Shown piece after piece: positions 1 to 8,974 of a DNA stretch of 64,000 nt (positions within the stretch are counted from its first letter, which is position 1; each line of letters starts with the position of its first letter). Origin of the DNA: an uncultured Alphaproteobacteria bacterium. Its GTDB lineage: Bacteria > Pseudomonadota > Alphaproteobacteria > Rs-D84. The stretch spans positions 152,184-216,183 of the forward strand of contig CAMORN010000002.1 in the NCBI GenBank assembly GCA_946623825.1, given 5' to 3'. The position numbers and the translations under genes were made by a program. Below the pieces are notes generated by a model that was given only the letters and a program-made list of their open reading frames with translations, was not told where the DNA came from and made no database searches.

Positions 1-580
1 CCGTCATACGGGTAGATATTGTTTTTACATCTTTTTCAGATACATCAAGATATTCAGCAATTTGTTTTGTTTGTTCGTCTGTCAAAGAATTTTCCATTAT
101 ACCCAATGCGCGTTTTGCACGAGATAAATTGAAAAATACGCGTTTTTTATTTGCAGAAGAACCAATTTTTATAAGTGACCAATTATTCAAAATTGTTTCA
201 TAAATTTCAGCCTTAATCCAACCCATAGCATATGTAGAAAATCTGAATCCTAGTTCTGGGTCAAATTTTTGTAATGCACGCATCAATCCCATGTTGCCAC
301 TTGCAATTAATTCAGATACTGGTAAACCATAATTCTTGAAATCATATGCCACAGACACAACCAGACGCAAATGAGAACCAACCAATTGTTCTGCCGCCAT
401 ATTGTCGTGTTCTTTGACCCATTTTGTAGCATAATCGTATTCTTGTTCTGCCGATAAAATAGGGAATTTTTGAATTTCTGACATATATTTTGCCAAACTG
501 ACATCATCACCAGCCCCATAATTGTAATAAAGGGCGGTGTTAGATTTTGTTGGTAAAGTTGTCTTGATTTCTTTGCTCAT
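1..580 (-). CDS. rpoH: RNA polymerase sigma-32 factor RpoH, N-terminal part (3' end runs off the window)
   Basis: Own translation from ATG at 580: MSKEIKTTLPTKSNTALYYNYGAGDDVSLAKYMSEIQKFPILSAEQEYDYATKW..LVGSHLRLVVSVAYDFKNYGLP..GNMGLMRALQKFDPELGFRFSTYAMGWIKAEI..NKKRVFFNLSRAK. This shows sigma-70 region 2 and an RpoH-box-like KKxxFFNL. The frame stays open to position 1. Confidence 0.8.
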   Translation of the reverse strand, partial: MSKEIKTTLPTKSNTALYYNYGAGDDVSLAKYMSEIQKFPILSAEQEYDYATKWVKEHDNMAAEQLVGSHLRLVVSVAYDFKNYGLPVSELIASGNMGLMRALQKFDPELGFRFSTYAMGWIKAEIYETILNNWSLIKIGSSANKKRVFFNLSRAKRALGIMENSLTDEQTKQIAEYLDVSEKDVKTISTRMT

Positions 581-632
581 ACATTTTATAGTATAGCAAC
601 AAAAGATAATTTTTCAAGACAGGAGAATTTTT

Positions 633-1286
633 ATGTCAAATATTTTACAAAGAAAGAAAAATCTGAATCAACCAGTTAAAAAAACACGTGAAGAATACGC
701 AGAAGACGCATTGTATCGCGAAGTTTGGGAAGATGTTAATAACGAAAAAACACAAAAATTTATTAAAAAATATTGGCGCCATATTGCAAGTGCAGTTGTC
801 GCAATTATGATTGTTGTTTGTGGTGTTCAATTGGGAATGCGTATGCATCATTCTGCCAAGGTTGCAGTTGCTCAAAATTATGAGACTGCAATTGCAAGTT
901 TTGATGCCAAGGCACTTGAAAACATTGCAAAAAATTCATCTGGCGCAACTGCGGATTTAGCATTGTTTCAATCTTATTTATTGGATAAAAATATTGCAAA
1001 GTTAGAAGAACTTGAAAAACATGCATCAACACGCGATTTCAAAGATTTAGCAAAATTACATATTGCTGCTATTCGAGGGGACGAAATGAGTGCAAAAGAT
1101 TTTGCAAAATATTTATCCAGCGTTGATACAAAAAAATCACCTTTCTTTTATACAGCGCGTTTGATGGTTGCCCAGAAATATTTAGCAACCGGGGATAAAG
1201 CAAGTGCAGACAAGATTCTTGATGAAATTATCCAAGATGAAAACGCACCTGCGTCTGTGGTATCAAATGCTCAATTGTTAAAATAG
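633..1286 (+). CDS. Membrane-anchored helical/TPR-like protein (YfgM-like candidate)
   Basis: 217-aa ORF with SD caggag upstream. It has a basic N-tail, one TM segment (ASAVVAIMIVVCGVQLG) and a helical C-terminal part. It lies directly upstream of a BamB-like gene, as in many proteobacteria. Confidence 0.45.
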   Translation: MSNILQRKKNLNQPVKKTREEYAEDALYREVWEDVNNEKTQKFIKKYWRHIASAVVAIMIVVCGVQLGMRMHHSAKVAVAQNYETAIASFDAKALENIAKNSSGATADLALFQSYLLDKNIAKLEELEKHASTRDFKDLAKLHIAAIRGDEMSAKDFAKYLSSVDTKKSPFFYTARLMVAQKYLATGDKASADKILDEIIQDENAPASVVSNAQLLK

Positions 1287-1297
1287 GGTGTTTTTCT

Positions 1298-2020
1298 TTG
1301 AAAAAAATATCGTTATTATTGTTGTGTGCTGTGGCAATGTTTGGGTGTTCAAAAAAAGACCCAATTTTGCCAGGGGTCAGATATGATGTTTTTGATAATA
1401 ACGAAGTAAAAGTTTCTGGGCAAGATGTTCCAGAATTGTCAGAAAAAATTATAAATATTTCCGGAAATGAAAACTGTGAATACAGACAAGATTCAACAAA
1501 TACAATTTGGTTCGGAAATAAAAAAGTTTATTCTGGTTTTTCTGGTAATGGTTATGTGGCAAGCCGTCAATCACCAATTTGTGTTGGTAATTATGTTTAT
1601 ACTGGTTTGTCCACGGGTGAGGTTATAAAATTAAATAAAAACAAATTGGTTTGGACAACAGATGTTTTCAAAGAAAACAGTTTGACAGGTGGAACGCCTG
1701 TGGTCGATATTGTTGCCCATGTTGGTGTTGATAAAAACTATGTTTATGCGGGTGGTTTGGGTGATGCGTTTTGCAAATTAAATGCAAATAATGGAAATAA
1801 AATTTGGTGTCTGGATATTTCTGTTGGTGTTGATTTTATAATGGTTGATGATTTTATTTTTGTTGTCGGAACAGATAATAATTTATATGCAATAAATAAA
1901 AATAATGGTGAAGTTTATTGGAAAACAAAAATAAAAAAGCAAGTTAAACCAAATTATGATGGAAAATTTATAAGTGTCGGAAAATACAAAATAAATTATA
2001 AAAACGGTGCATTACGATAA
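1298..2020 (+). CDS. PQQ-repeat beta-propeller lipoprotein, BamB-like but only 240 aa (TTG start)
   Basis: Lipobox AMFGC. Repeated G-x-LYAIN..NG..W-type PQQ-propeller motifs (NLYAINKNNGEVYWKT, NANNGNKIWC). Roughly half the usual BamB length. Confidence 0.5.
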   Translation: MKKISLLLLCAVAMFGCSKKDPILPGVRYDVFDNNEVKVSGQDVPELSEKIINISGNENCEYRQDSTNTIWFGNKKVYSGFSGNGYVASRQSPICVGNYVYTGLSTGEVIKLNKNKLVWTTDVFKENSLTGGTPVVDIVAHVGVDKNYVYAGGLGDAFCKLNANNGNKIWCLDISVGVDFIMVDDFIFVVGTDNNLYAINKNNGEVYWKTKIKKQVKPNYDGKFISVGKYKINYKNGALR

Positions 2021-2035
2021 ATAAAAAAATATAAT

Positions 2036-2066
2036 AAAAAACCGCCAATATGGCGGTTCTTTTTTG
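2036..2066. terminator. Bidirectional intrinsic terminator between convergent genes
   Basis: accgcc-aatat-ggcggt hairpin flanked by an A-run and a T-run. Confidence 0.7.
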
Positions 2067-2077
2067 CTTAATTGTTT

Positions 2078-2818
2078 TTACCATGTTGGTGCATGGTCGC
2101 CTTCTTTTACGATAGGTTGTTCATCTTCCCAGACTGATAAACCTGTCTTTAAATCTGTCAATGTTAATTGCAGATAATATTCTACACGGGTATCAACATT
2201 TGAGAACCAACCTGATTGTAATTTGAGATTGCGTTGCAACATTTTTCCAGATAATGACATGTTTGGTGCAACCAATGTTCCTTTTTGTGCAAAGGTTGCT
2301 TGGTTGTATTCATCGTTGCCACGTTGATTACGCATATTGTGTGTTGTGTTATCTTCTGCTTCATATGTTTCGATTTCAACAGGAACATATCCTTTTGCTT
2401 TTACATCAGACGCAGATGCTGTTAATGGTGTTACAGAAACAGTTTTTCCTTCGGCTGTGACAGGTAAATAAACTGTCCCAGTAGAAGGTGTGTTTTGGAA
2501 AGCAGTTGAAATTTGAGCTTTGCCAGATTTTAACAAAGTTGTGCGAATTTTCTTTGTCAGAATATCTGTGTCAAAACGTTGCATTGTATCGTTTTTGATG
2601 TTTGCGATTGCGATAACAGGTTTTTTAATATCAGCAAAAGCACCACTTTCAATCATAGATTTTGTCATTGATTCTGCTGTGTTTGTCCAATCGCGATATT
2701 CCAATTCCATAACATCTTGCATGGAAGAAACATCTTTCTGGTTTTGTAAATCTACAACACGTGTCTGGCCGCAACCACATAATGCGATTGCAATCGCACA
2801 AGGTATCATTTTTTTCAT
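2078..2818 (-). CDS. LpoB/YcfM-like (COG3417-type) outer-membrane lipoprotein
   Basis: Lipobox ALCGC. Pattern EYRDW..MTKSMI..PVIAIANIKNDT..LTKKIRTTLLKSGKAQIS...YYLQLTLTDLKTGLSVWEDE resembles LpoB-family proteins. SD aaggggg upstream. Confidence 0.55.
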   Translation of the reverse strand: MKKMIPCAIAIALCGCGQTRVVDLQNQKDVSSMQDVMELEYRDWTNTAESMTKSMIESGAFADIKKPVIAIANIKNDTMQRFDTDILTKKIRTTLLKSGKAQISTAFQNTPSTGTVYLPVTAEGKTVSVTPLTASASDVKAKGYVPVEIETYEAEDNTTHNMRNQRGNDEYNQATFAQKGTLVAPNMSLSGKMLQRNLKLQSGWFSNVDTRVEYYLQLTLTDLKTGLSVWEDEQPIVKEGDHAPTW

Positions 2819-2839
2819 ATTTTTGCCCCCTTGGTTTTT

Positions 2840-4075
2840 TTATTTTTTCATGTTTATAAGTTTAGTATCAACAGTTGAATCGCCTAAAATACGCTTATAA
2901 ACAAGATAGTTCGTGTTTTGTTTTATTTCTGATTTTATACTATCATCTAAATCTAAAGCATTCAAGTTGCTTTTATTATTAGTGATTCTGTTTACATAAA
3001 TATGTTTTGGTAATGTTGCCCATGTGCGAATTTCAGCACTGCTGGACGATACGGTGTATATAGTTGTCATCATGCCAAATAATAATGATGCGTTATTATT
3101 TGAATTATATGCGCTGGCTTGCAAGATTGCTTTTGAAGCCGCGCTGGTATAAGAACGCAATATTTCATTTATTCTGTATTGTGAATATTCTGTCATAAAT
3201 AATTCATCAACATTGGTTAACATTTGTGAATTAGCAGGTTTAACCGCGTTGCCATCAAAGTAAGGTTCTGAAATCGAAAAATATACTATGCCAACATCTG
3301 GCAAATAAAAACTGGCACCTTGTTCACGTAATCTAGGGGCAAAACCAGATTCAGAAAACACCCATGTTATATTTTTTGGTTTTTGGTGTTTTTGTGCTAA
3401 TTCTAAATCTTGTTTTATGAATTTGTTTTCAGGCATCATACCACTGGCGCGTTTAAGATATAATATTGCATCGTTCCATTCACCCATGTTTAAGAAATAT
3501 ATTCCTGATAAATACATCAGGGCAGGGTTCATAATATCGCGGAAAGCCAACCAATCTCCCGCGTTTTCATTTATAATTTGTGCATATTCAGATTTTTCTG
3601 CAATTTCAGATTTGTTTTCTTCAATTAATTTTTTGTATTCAACAGACATATTTTGTTGGCGATTATAAGATTGATTTATAACAACGCGTGCATTATCAAA
3701 ATCATGTAAAGCTAATAAATTCCATAATTGATAATATGATACAAATAAAGAATCCATCATGTATGGTTTGTATGAATTTACACTGCTGCCGAATAATATG
3801 GTGGCGGCTTCGCGGGAAAAAGAAGAAGATGTTTCAGACAAATGTCTTTTATTAAATTCTTCAAATGTTGAATCGCTTTCTTGATATTTGTTTGCGTGAA
3901 ACAATCCCATACCATTTATTAACAAATCAAGGTTGCTTGTATCTTCAATAGATTGATTTTGTGTTTGTTCAAAATTTTGATTTGCAAAATTTGTTTGTAC
4001 ATCATCAAGATGTGATTGCATCGCAATAGAACAGCCAGACAAAAACAGAAAACAGACTAATAATATTTTTTTCAT
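2840..4075 (-). CDS. Large lipoprotein of unknown function (TPR-like; commonly paired with LpoB-like genes)
   Basis: 411-aa ORF with lipobox FLSGC, 21 nt upstream of the LpoB-like gene on the same strand. The family assignment (COG3014-like) is from memory only. Confidence 0.5.
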   Translation of the reverse strand: MKKILLVCFLFLSGCSIAMQSHLDDVQTNFANQNFEQTQNQSIEDTSNLDLLINGMGLFHANKYQESDSTFEEFNKRHLSETSSSFSREAATILFGSSVNSYKPYMMDSLFVSYYQLWNLLALHDFDNARVVINQSYNRQQNMSVEYKKLIEENKSEIAEKSEYAQIINENAGDWLAFRDIMNPALMYLSGIYFLNMGEWNDAILYLKRASGMMPENKFIKQDLELAQKHQKPKNITWVFSESGFAPRLREQGASFYLPDVGIVYFSISEPYFDGNAVKPANSQMLTNVDELFMTEYSQYRINEILRSYTSAASKAILQASAYNSNNNASLLFGMMTTIYTVSSSSAEIRTWATLPKHIYVNRITNNKSNLNALDLDDSIKSEIKQNTNYLVYKRILGDSTVDTKLINMKK

Positions 4076-4093
4076 ATCAAGATTATGAAAGAA

Positions 4094-6355
4094 TTATTTC
4101 AGAGGTTCAAGAATTTTTATTTCTTTTGTGTTTGGATTATATATTTTTGGTGCACCGTCATAACCCATAATTGCATGATGTGAAGGTATTAAAAATTCAG
4201 GCAGAGGGGACGCTTCGCCGAAAGCAATTTTTTCAACCAATCTTTTTTGAACAGGTGTTTTGTTTTGATAGTATTGAATGTTTGTTGCTTCGATTGGTCT
4301 GTGATACCAACCTTGGTATATAACCAATTGTTTATCGGCAGGTAATTTCATAATATCCATTTCAGAATAAATTGGTTCTTCTTTTGGAACTTCGACTTCT
4401 TTGCCGTCTGCACCTTTTTCTGTTTTCTTGGTTATTTTTTTACCCATCATCTCGGAAAATCTGCGTGCAGAATCAGGATCGTTTTGACGCAAAACAATTT
4501 TCGCAGCTGTTGTAGAAATAATTGTAGCAGCGGCGTCTGCACCGTATCTTTCTTGAATCTGGTGAATGTCTTGACCAATGATAAGATAGGAAACCTTGCA
4601 CCCACGTCCAAGATCTGGTCCTTGGATAACTGCGTCCAATTTTTGCATTTTTGGCATTTCATCAAGTACGAATAACACAGGACAAGGTCCAACGCGTTCG
4701 CCATCAACCAATGTTCCAGGTGTGTGAGCTAATAAATAACTGGACATCAATTCAATAAATATGGCGGTGATAGGATTTACAGCTTGGGCATCAACAAGGT
4801 TTACTGACAAATAAACACTGACTGGTTTTATTTTTCCGTCCCTTGGGTCTTTCAATCCACGCAAATCAGAAAAATGAAAATCAGAATGGCTTGTTCTGTT
4901 GCGAACAGCTGCATTACGGAATATGGCCAGTCCTTCCATCATGGTTGATAGAATAGAACCGCGTTCTTTATCAGGTGTGTTTGCAAGTTGTGTTAATTCA
5001 GATATTGCACGATGTGCGTATGAATAACGACGTGCTTCTTCAACTGCGTTTAAGAATAAATCTTTCATTGGGTCTGCCATCATAACCATTTGGTCTCCTT
5101 GACGACGACGTTCTTCCATTTTTTCGGCCATGGCAACCTGAGATGATGTAATCCAATCAAGAATCAAAGACAATGACGCTTCTTTACCACGCCATGAATC
5201 TGGGATGTTTTCCCATGTTCCAACATGAACATAATTAGACGCATTTAATTCGCCACGTTGCAATAAAGAATAGGCTGCGTATGCGTTCGGGTCGCTCATC
5301 ATAGACAAATAATAATCTCCCAATACAGCGGCATCGTCGCTGTTAAATGTTCCAGAATTTATACGTGAATAGAAATAGTCATCCGCTTTCGCGCGTTCAA
5401 CCTTGGATACAATAAAATTGATAAGACCGGATAAGCCCGAACGACCTGTGTTAGACCAGTGAGGGTCTTGTGCAGCATCTGGCACCAATACTTTACATAT
5501 AGAATCAATATATAAATCACGTTGTTCTGGGTTATACGGAACGTGTTCAGGGGACAAAGGATTCCATGATGGGTAATATATACCGCGTTCAGGGTCGTCT
5601 TGCCCAGACCAATTCATAATAAACACGTGGCTGACCGTGGAACGATATCCAGATGTTGATTGTTTCAATTCTGGTTTAGGGTCGTTTATAATCATAGACA
5701 CATTATCACAATCAAGAATAGTCGGTACAACAACCCCCGTTGTTTTACCAGTTCCCGGAGGCGCCACACACAAAGCAGATAAAGTTTCGTCAAACATTAA
5801 TGGGGTGTCTTTTCCTTTGTACTTAAAATAACCAAGAACCATCATAAATCCACTGAATAAACCGTCTTTGTTTTGAAAATTTTTACCCATTTTTTTGATA
5901 TCGTCGGCGGTTGCCTTGCGGGAAGATTTTTCTTCGTATTTATCTTTGCTGTGTGGGTTGAATTCTGATTTAAATGTGTCATCCGCCAAGAAATAATATG
6001 CCAACACAGGAATCACAGGTGCAAGACACGCAAAGTCAGGACGATATAATGTTCTTGAAAACCAGTATGGAATTTCTGCTATGACAGAAAGACCGCATGT
6101 GTGTAAAATATTTGTAAAATATATATATAGCCAATGTTGTGTTGCAGGTGTCCAGCCATATCGCCAAATGTGTTCAACACCGAAAGATACAGCAAAAACA
6201 GCTGCGCATATTAACCAAACACCAATATTCCAACGGATTTCCCAGAATTTTCGGGCCATTGGGGTTTGTTCGTGTTCTTTATATGCGCTGGATTCAAAGA
6301 TTTTTAAACCTTTGCCAGAACCACTGTTAGAGAAAATGTTGAACTTTCCTGCCAT
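4094..6355 (-). CDS. virD4: Type IV secretion coupling protein (VirD4/TraG family ATPase)
   Basis: N-terminal TM segments. Walker A VAPPGTGKTTGVVVPT, Walker B VLFVLDEMPKM, and IIGQDIHQIQERYG typical of T4CPs. The start is chosen at MAGKF (6355); an alternative ATG lies at 6394. Confidence 0.8.
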   Translation of the reverse strand: MAGKFNIFSNSGSGKGLKIFESSAYKEHEQTPMARKFWEIRWNIGVWLICAAVFAVSFGVEHIWRYGWTPATQHWLYIYFTNILHTCGLSVIAEIPYWFSRTLYRPDFACLAPVIPVLAYYFLADDTFKSEFNPHSKDKYEEKSSRKATADDIKKMGKNFQNKDGLFSGFMMVLGYFKYKGKDTPLMFDETLSALCVAPPGTGKTTGVVVPTILDCDNVSMIINDPKPELKQSTSGYRSTVSHVFIMNWSGQDDPERGIYYPSWNPLSPEHVPYNPEQRDLYIDSICKVLVPDAAQDPHWSNTGRSGLSGLINFIVSKVERAKADDYFYSRINSGTFNSDDAAVLGDYYLSMMSDPNAYAAYSLLQRGELNASNYVHVGTWENIPDSWRGKEASLSLILDWITSSQVAMAEKMEERRRQGDQMVMMADPMKDLFLNAVEEARRYSYAHRAISELTQLANTPDKERGSILSTMMEGLAIFRNAAVRNRTSHSDFHFSDLRGLKDPRDGKIKPVSVYLSVNLVDAQAVNPITAIFIELMSSYLLAHTPGTLVDGERVGPCPVLFVLDEMPKMQKLDAVIQGPDLGRGCKVSYLIIGQDIHQIQERYGADAAATIISTTAAKIVLRQNDPDSARRFSEMMGKKITKKTEKGADGKEVEVPKEEPIYSEMDIMKLPADKQLVIYQGWYHRPIEATNIQYYQNKTPVQKRLVEKIAFGEASPLPEFLIPSHHAIMGYDGAPKIYNPNTKEIKILEPLK

Positions 6356-6408
6356 GATTGGTATTATATCATAAAAGAAAACCTTTTTACACATTAAAGA
6401 TTAAAAAA

Positions 6409-7065
6409 ATGCAAAACATACCAAGAATATTTTTTGATGCGGATTTAGAAGTAAATAAAAAATTACCTGTGGACAAAAATGTTGTTCATTATTTGCGTCG
6501 TGTTATGCGCAGAAATGACTGTTTAGTTTTTAATAATGGCAATGAATTTAATGCCTCTTTATCTGATGATGATAAATTTATAATTATTGGAAATAAAACA
6601 GAACATATTGACCCAAGTAATGATTTGACACTGTTTTTTGCACCAATTAAAAAAATAGAAGATTTGTTAAATATGACAACACAAATGGGGGTTGCGGTAT
6701 TACAGCCTGTTATTACAAAACGCACCGTTGCAAATCATATAAATTGGGAACGTCAATTAAAGATAATAAAAGAAGCGTCTGAACAATCTGGACGCAATTC
6801 AATTCCGAAATTATTACCACCAATTAAATTTGAAGATATTAAATTTGATGATACTTTTGTTGTCGCAGATGAAAGGGCGGGGCACGGTATGTCTGTTCAA
6901 GACAATGTTTGTGGAGTGAAAAAAATATTGATTGGACCAGAAGGTGGTTTTTCACCAGAAGAATTTGAAAAAATGAAAGATGTAAAATCTATGTCTTTGG
7001 GAAAAACAATTTTAAGGGCAGAGGTTGCATCTGTTGTTGCGATTGCAAAGGTTTTAAATAAATGA
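6409..7065 (+). CDS. rsmE: 16S rRNA (uracil1498-N3)-methyltransferase RsmE
   Basis: MQNIPRIFFD start and the C-terminal IGPEGGFSPEE SPOUT motif. The ORF-track start at 6358 overlaps virD4 and was rejected. Confidence 0.75.
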   Translation: MQNIPRIFFDADLEVNKKLPVDKNVVHYLRRVMRRNDCLVFNNGNEFNASLSDDDKFIIIGNKTEHIDPSNDLTLFFAPIKKIEDLLNMTTQMGVAVLQPVITKRTVANHINWERQLKIIKEASEQSGRNSIPKLLPPIKFEDIKFDDTFVVADERAGHGMSVQDNVCGVKKILIGPEGGFSPEEFEKMKDVKSMSLGKTILRAEVASVVAIAKVLNK

Positions 7066-7772
7066 CAGAAAGATTGGCTAAATTTATTGCAAATTCTGGC
7101 GCTGCATCGCGGCGTGGTGCTGAAAATTTAATTTTATCTGGCGCGGTTTCTGTAAATGGTGTGATTATAAATACCCCTGTGTTTTTTGTAAATGATGGCG
7201 ACAGGGTTTGTATAAACGGTAAAGAAATAAAACAAAATGAAGAAATTAAATTGTACAAATTTCATAAACCATTAAACACAATGACAACAACATATGACCC
7301 ACAAAACAGAAAGACAATTTATGATGTGTTGGGGGATAAATATAAAAATCTGAAATATGTTGGACGGTTAGATTATAAAACAACTGGTTTGTTGTTGTTA
7401 ACCAATAATGGTGAATTGGCACGGCAATTATCTTTGCCGAAAAATCACATTAAAAGAACCTATATTGCAACAGTAAAAAGTATTGATGATAAAAAATTAG
7501 ACAAAGCGAGACACGGGGTTGAAATAGACGGTATAAAATACAAACCTATGAAAATAGAAATTGTAGAAAAAAATAAATTGCGTGTCACAGTAGAAGAAGG
7601 AAAAAAGAACGAAGTCAGGATTGTTCTTAAATATGTTGGGGCGCCGGTTCTCGGGTTGCACAGGGTTTCTTATGGTGATATTTTACTCGGTGATTTAGAA
7701 GTTGGAAAAATATCTTTAATTGATGGAAAAACACTTGACCTGATATCAAACAAATTGCTATCATCCAAATAA
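7062..7772 (+). CDS. rluB: Pseudouridine synthase, RsuA/RluB family
   Basis: S4 domain (ERLAKFIANSGAASRRGAENLI..GAVSVNG) and catalytic GRLDYKTTGLLLLTNNG. ATGA overlap with rsmE. Confidence 0.8.
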   Translation: MTERLAKFIANSGAASRRGAENLILSGAVSVNGVIINTPVFFVNDGDRVCINGKEIKQNEEIKLYKFHKPLNTMTTTYDPQNRKTIYDVLGDKYKNLKYVGRLDYKTTGLLLLTNNGELARQLSLPKNHIKRTYIATVKSIDDKKLDKARHGVEIDGIKYKPMKIEIVEKNKLRVTVEEGKKNEVRIVLKYVGAPVLGLHRVSYGDILLGDLEVGKISLIDGKTLDLISNKLLSSK

Positions 7773-7791
7773 CAGGGGAAGGGAGTATCTC

Positions 7792-8757
7792 ATGAAAAAA
7801 ACAAAAAATACAAGAAAAACTAAGCCAACAGTAGCAAAAGTTGCAGTTAAAAAACCTGTGGTTGAAGCTCGTGATTCATGGTCATGGACCATTTATATGT
7901 ATTGGTTTATCATTTTATTCTTTATCGCATCAACATTTTATATCTTGGGACGCAGTCATGAATTTTTACATCCTGCACCACATAATGTTGTTGTAACAGA
8001 AGAGGCATTAAAACAAGCTGAAGATTATATTGATTCTGCAAAAGAAAAATTAGCAGCAGGCAATATTGATGAAGCAATCGAAGAATTAAATTCTGCTATT
8101 GATGAAAATGCAACTTCAAATATCTATACTTTGCGTGGTGAAGCTTATATGCAAATTGGTGAATACCAAAAAGCTTTGAGCGATTTTGATGCTGCAATTG
8201 AAAAAGATGGTATGAATGCGATTGCTTTTTATGATCGTTCTTTGTTGAATACGCGTCTTGAAAATTATGAAGCAGCGCTCAGTGATATTAACAATGCGTT
8301 GGCTGCTCAATCTATGAAACCATCAGATATTTTGACAATGCGTAATTTATATGCAAAACGCGGTCAATTGAATTTGTGGTTGAAAAATTGGCAGGGTGCA
8401 ATTGCTGATTATACAAATTCTTTGGCTCGTGCTGAAGGTAGTGTTTCAGCAAATGTATACGCGGAACGTGCAGAAGCATATACAGCAATGGGTGAATATG
8501 AAAATGCAATAAATGATTATACATCTGCTGTGCGCGTTATTTCTGAACAGATTCAGGGTGCATCAAGTCAGGCTGAACGTGAATCTCAATCTAGCAATGC
8601 AATGGCTTATTTTGAAAAATCTGCTGCATTGAATTTGAAATTGGGTAATGGTGCTGCAGCAAGAAACGATTTAGAATCCGCTTTTGCAATCGCAGTTGCT
8701 TTGAACGATGAAGAAAGTTCAACAAGAATCCAAAATCTTATTAATGGATTGAATTAA
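7792..8757 (+). CDS. Membrane-anchored tetratricopeptide-repeat protein
   Basis: Basic N-tail, one TM segment (IYMYWFIILFFIASTFYIL) and repeated A..Y..RG.AY...G.Y..A..D...A TPR units. SD gaagggag. Confidence 0.6.
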   Translation: MKKTKNTRKTKPTVAKVAVKKPVVEARDSWSWTIYMYWFIILFFIASTFYILGRSHEFLHPAPHNVVVTEEALKQAEDYIDSAKEKLAAGNIDEAIEELNSAIDENATSNIYTLRGEAYMQIGEYQKALSDFDAAIEKDGMNAIAFYDRSLLNTRLENYEAALSDINNALAAQSMKPSDILTMRNLYAKRGQLNLWLKNWQGAIADYTNSLARAEGSVSANVYAERAEAYTAMGEYENAINDYTSAVRVISEQIQGASSQAERESQSSNAMAYFEKSAALNLKLGNGAAARNDLESAFAIAVALNDEESSTRIQNLINGLN

Positions 8758-8770
8758 AATAATAAAAGTA

Positions 8771-8802
8771 AAAAAATCCGCCAAATATGGCGGATTTTTT
8801 TT
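8771..8802 (+). terminator. Intrinsic terminator after the TPR gene
   Basis: tccgcc-aaatat-ggcgga hairpin followed by T8. Confidence 0.75.
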
Positions 8803-8829
8803 GACTTTTATAAAATATAGGTATATTAT
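8801..8829 (+). promoter_or_regulatory. Candidate sigma-70 promoter for the thrS leader
   Basis: TTGACT (8801-8806), a 17-nt spacer, then TATTAT (8824-8829). It would start transcription about at the leader ATG. Confidence 0.4.
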
Positions 8830-8836
8830 AAGAAAC

Positions 8837-8893
8837 ATGATTTATAGATTATTTATTTTGACTACAACAACAACAACCCCTTTGGGGGTGTAG
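8837..8893 (+). promoter_or_regulatory. Candidate Thr-rich leader peptide ORF upstream of thrS (MIYRLFILTTTTTTPLGV*)
   Basis: ATG at 8837 and TAG at 8891-8893. There are six consecutive Thr codons (act aca aca aca aca acc) at 8861-8878. A CCCC/GGGGG pairing element lies directly 3'. The ORF ends 81 nt before the thrS ATG. Confidence 0.45.
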
Positions 8894-8974
8894 ATTCTAT
8901 TTGTGCTGATGTTTGGCACGCATTATAATTAAAGTAAGAAATTCAAAAAAATAATAAAAAAAAGAAGGTAAAAT

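Noticed and set aside
6358-6408. ORF-track start of rsmE at 6358 (235 aa) and of virD4 at 6394.
   Set aside because: The two extensions overlap each other head-to-head. Starts at 6409 (MQNIPRIFFD) and 6355 (MAGKFNIF) remove the overlap and match typical N-termini. The virD4 start remains uncertain.
8861-8878. Reading the ACA-ACA-ACA-ACA tract upstream of thrS as a plain microsatellite or phase-variation repeat.
   Set aside because: This is not fully excluded. However, the tract is in frame within an ATG-to-TAG mini-ORF, is flanked by other Thr codons (ACT, ACC), sits behind a good promoter, and precedes the cognate synthetase gene. The leader-peptide reading is therefore reported as the main hypothesis, with this as its refutation route.
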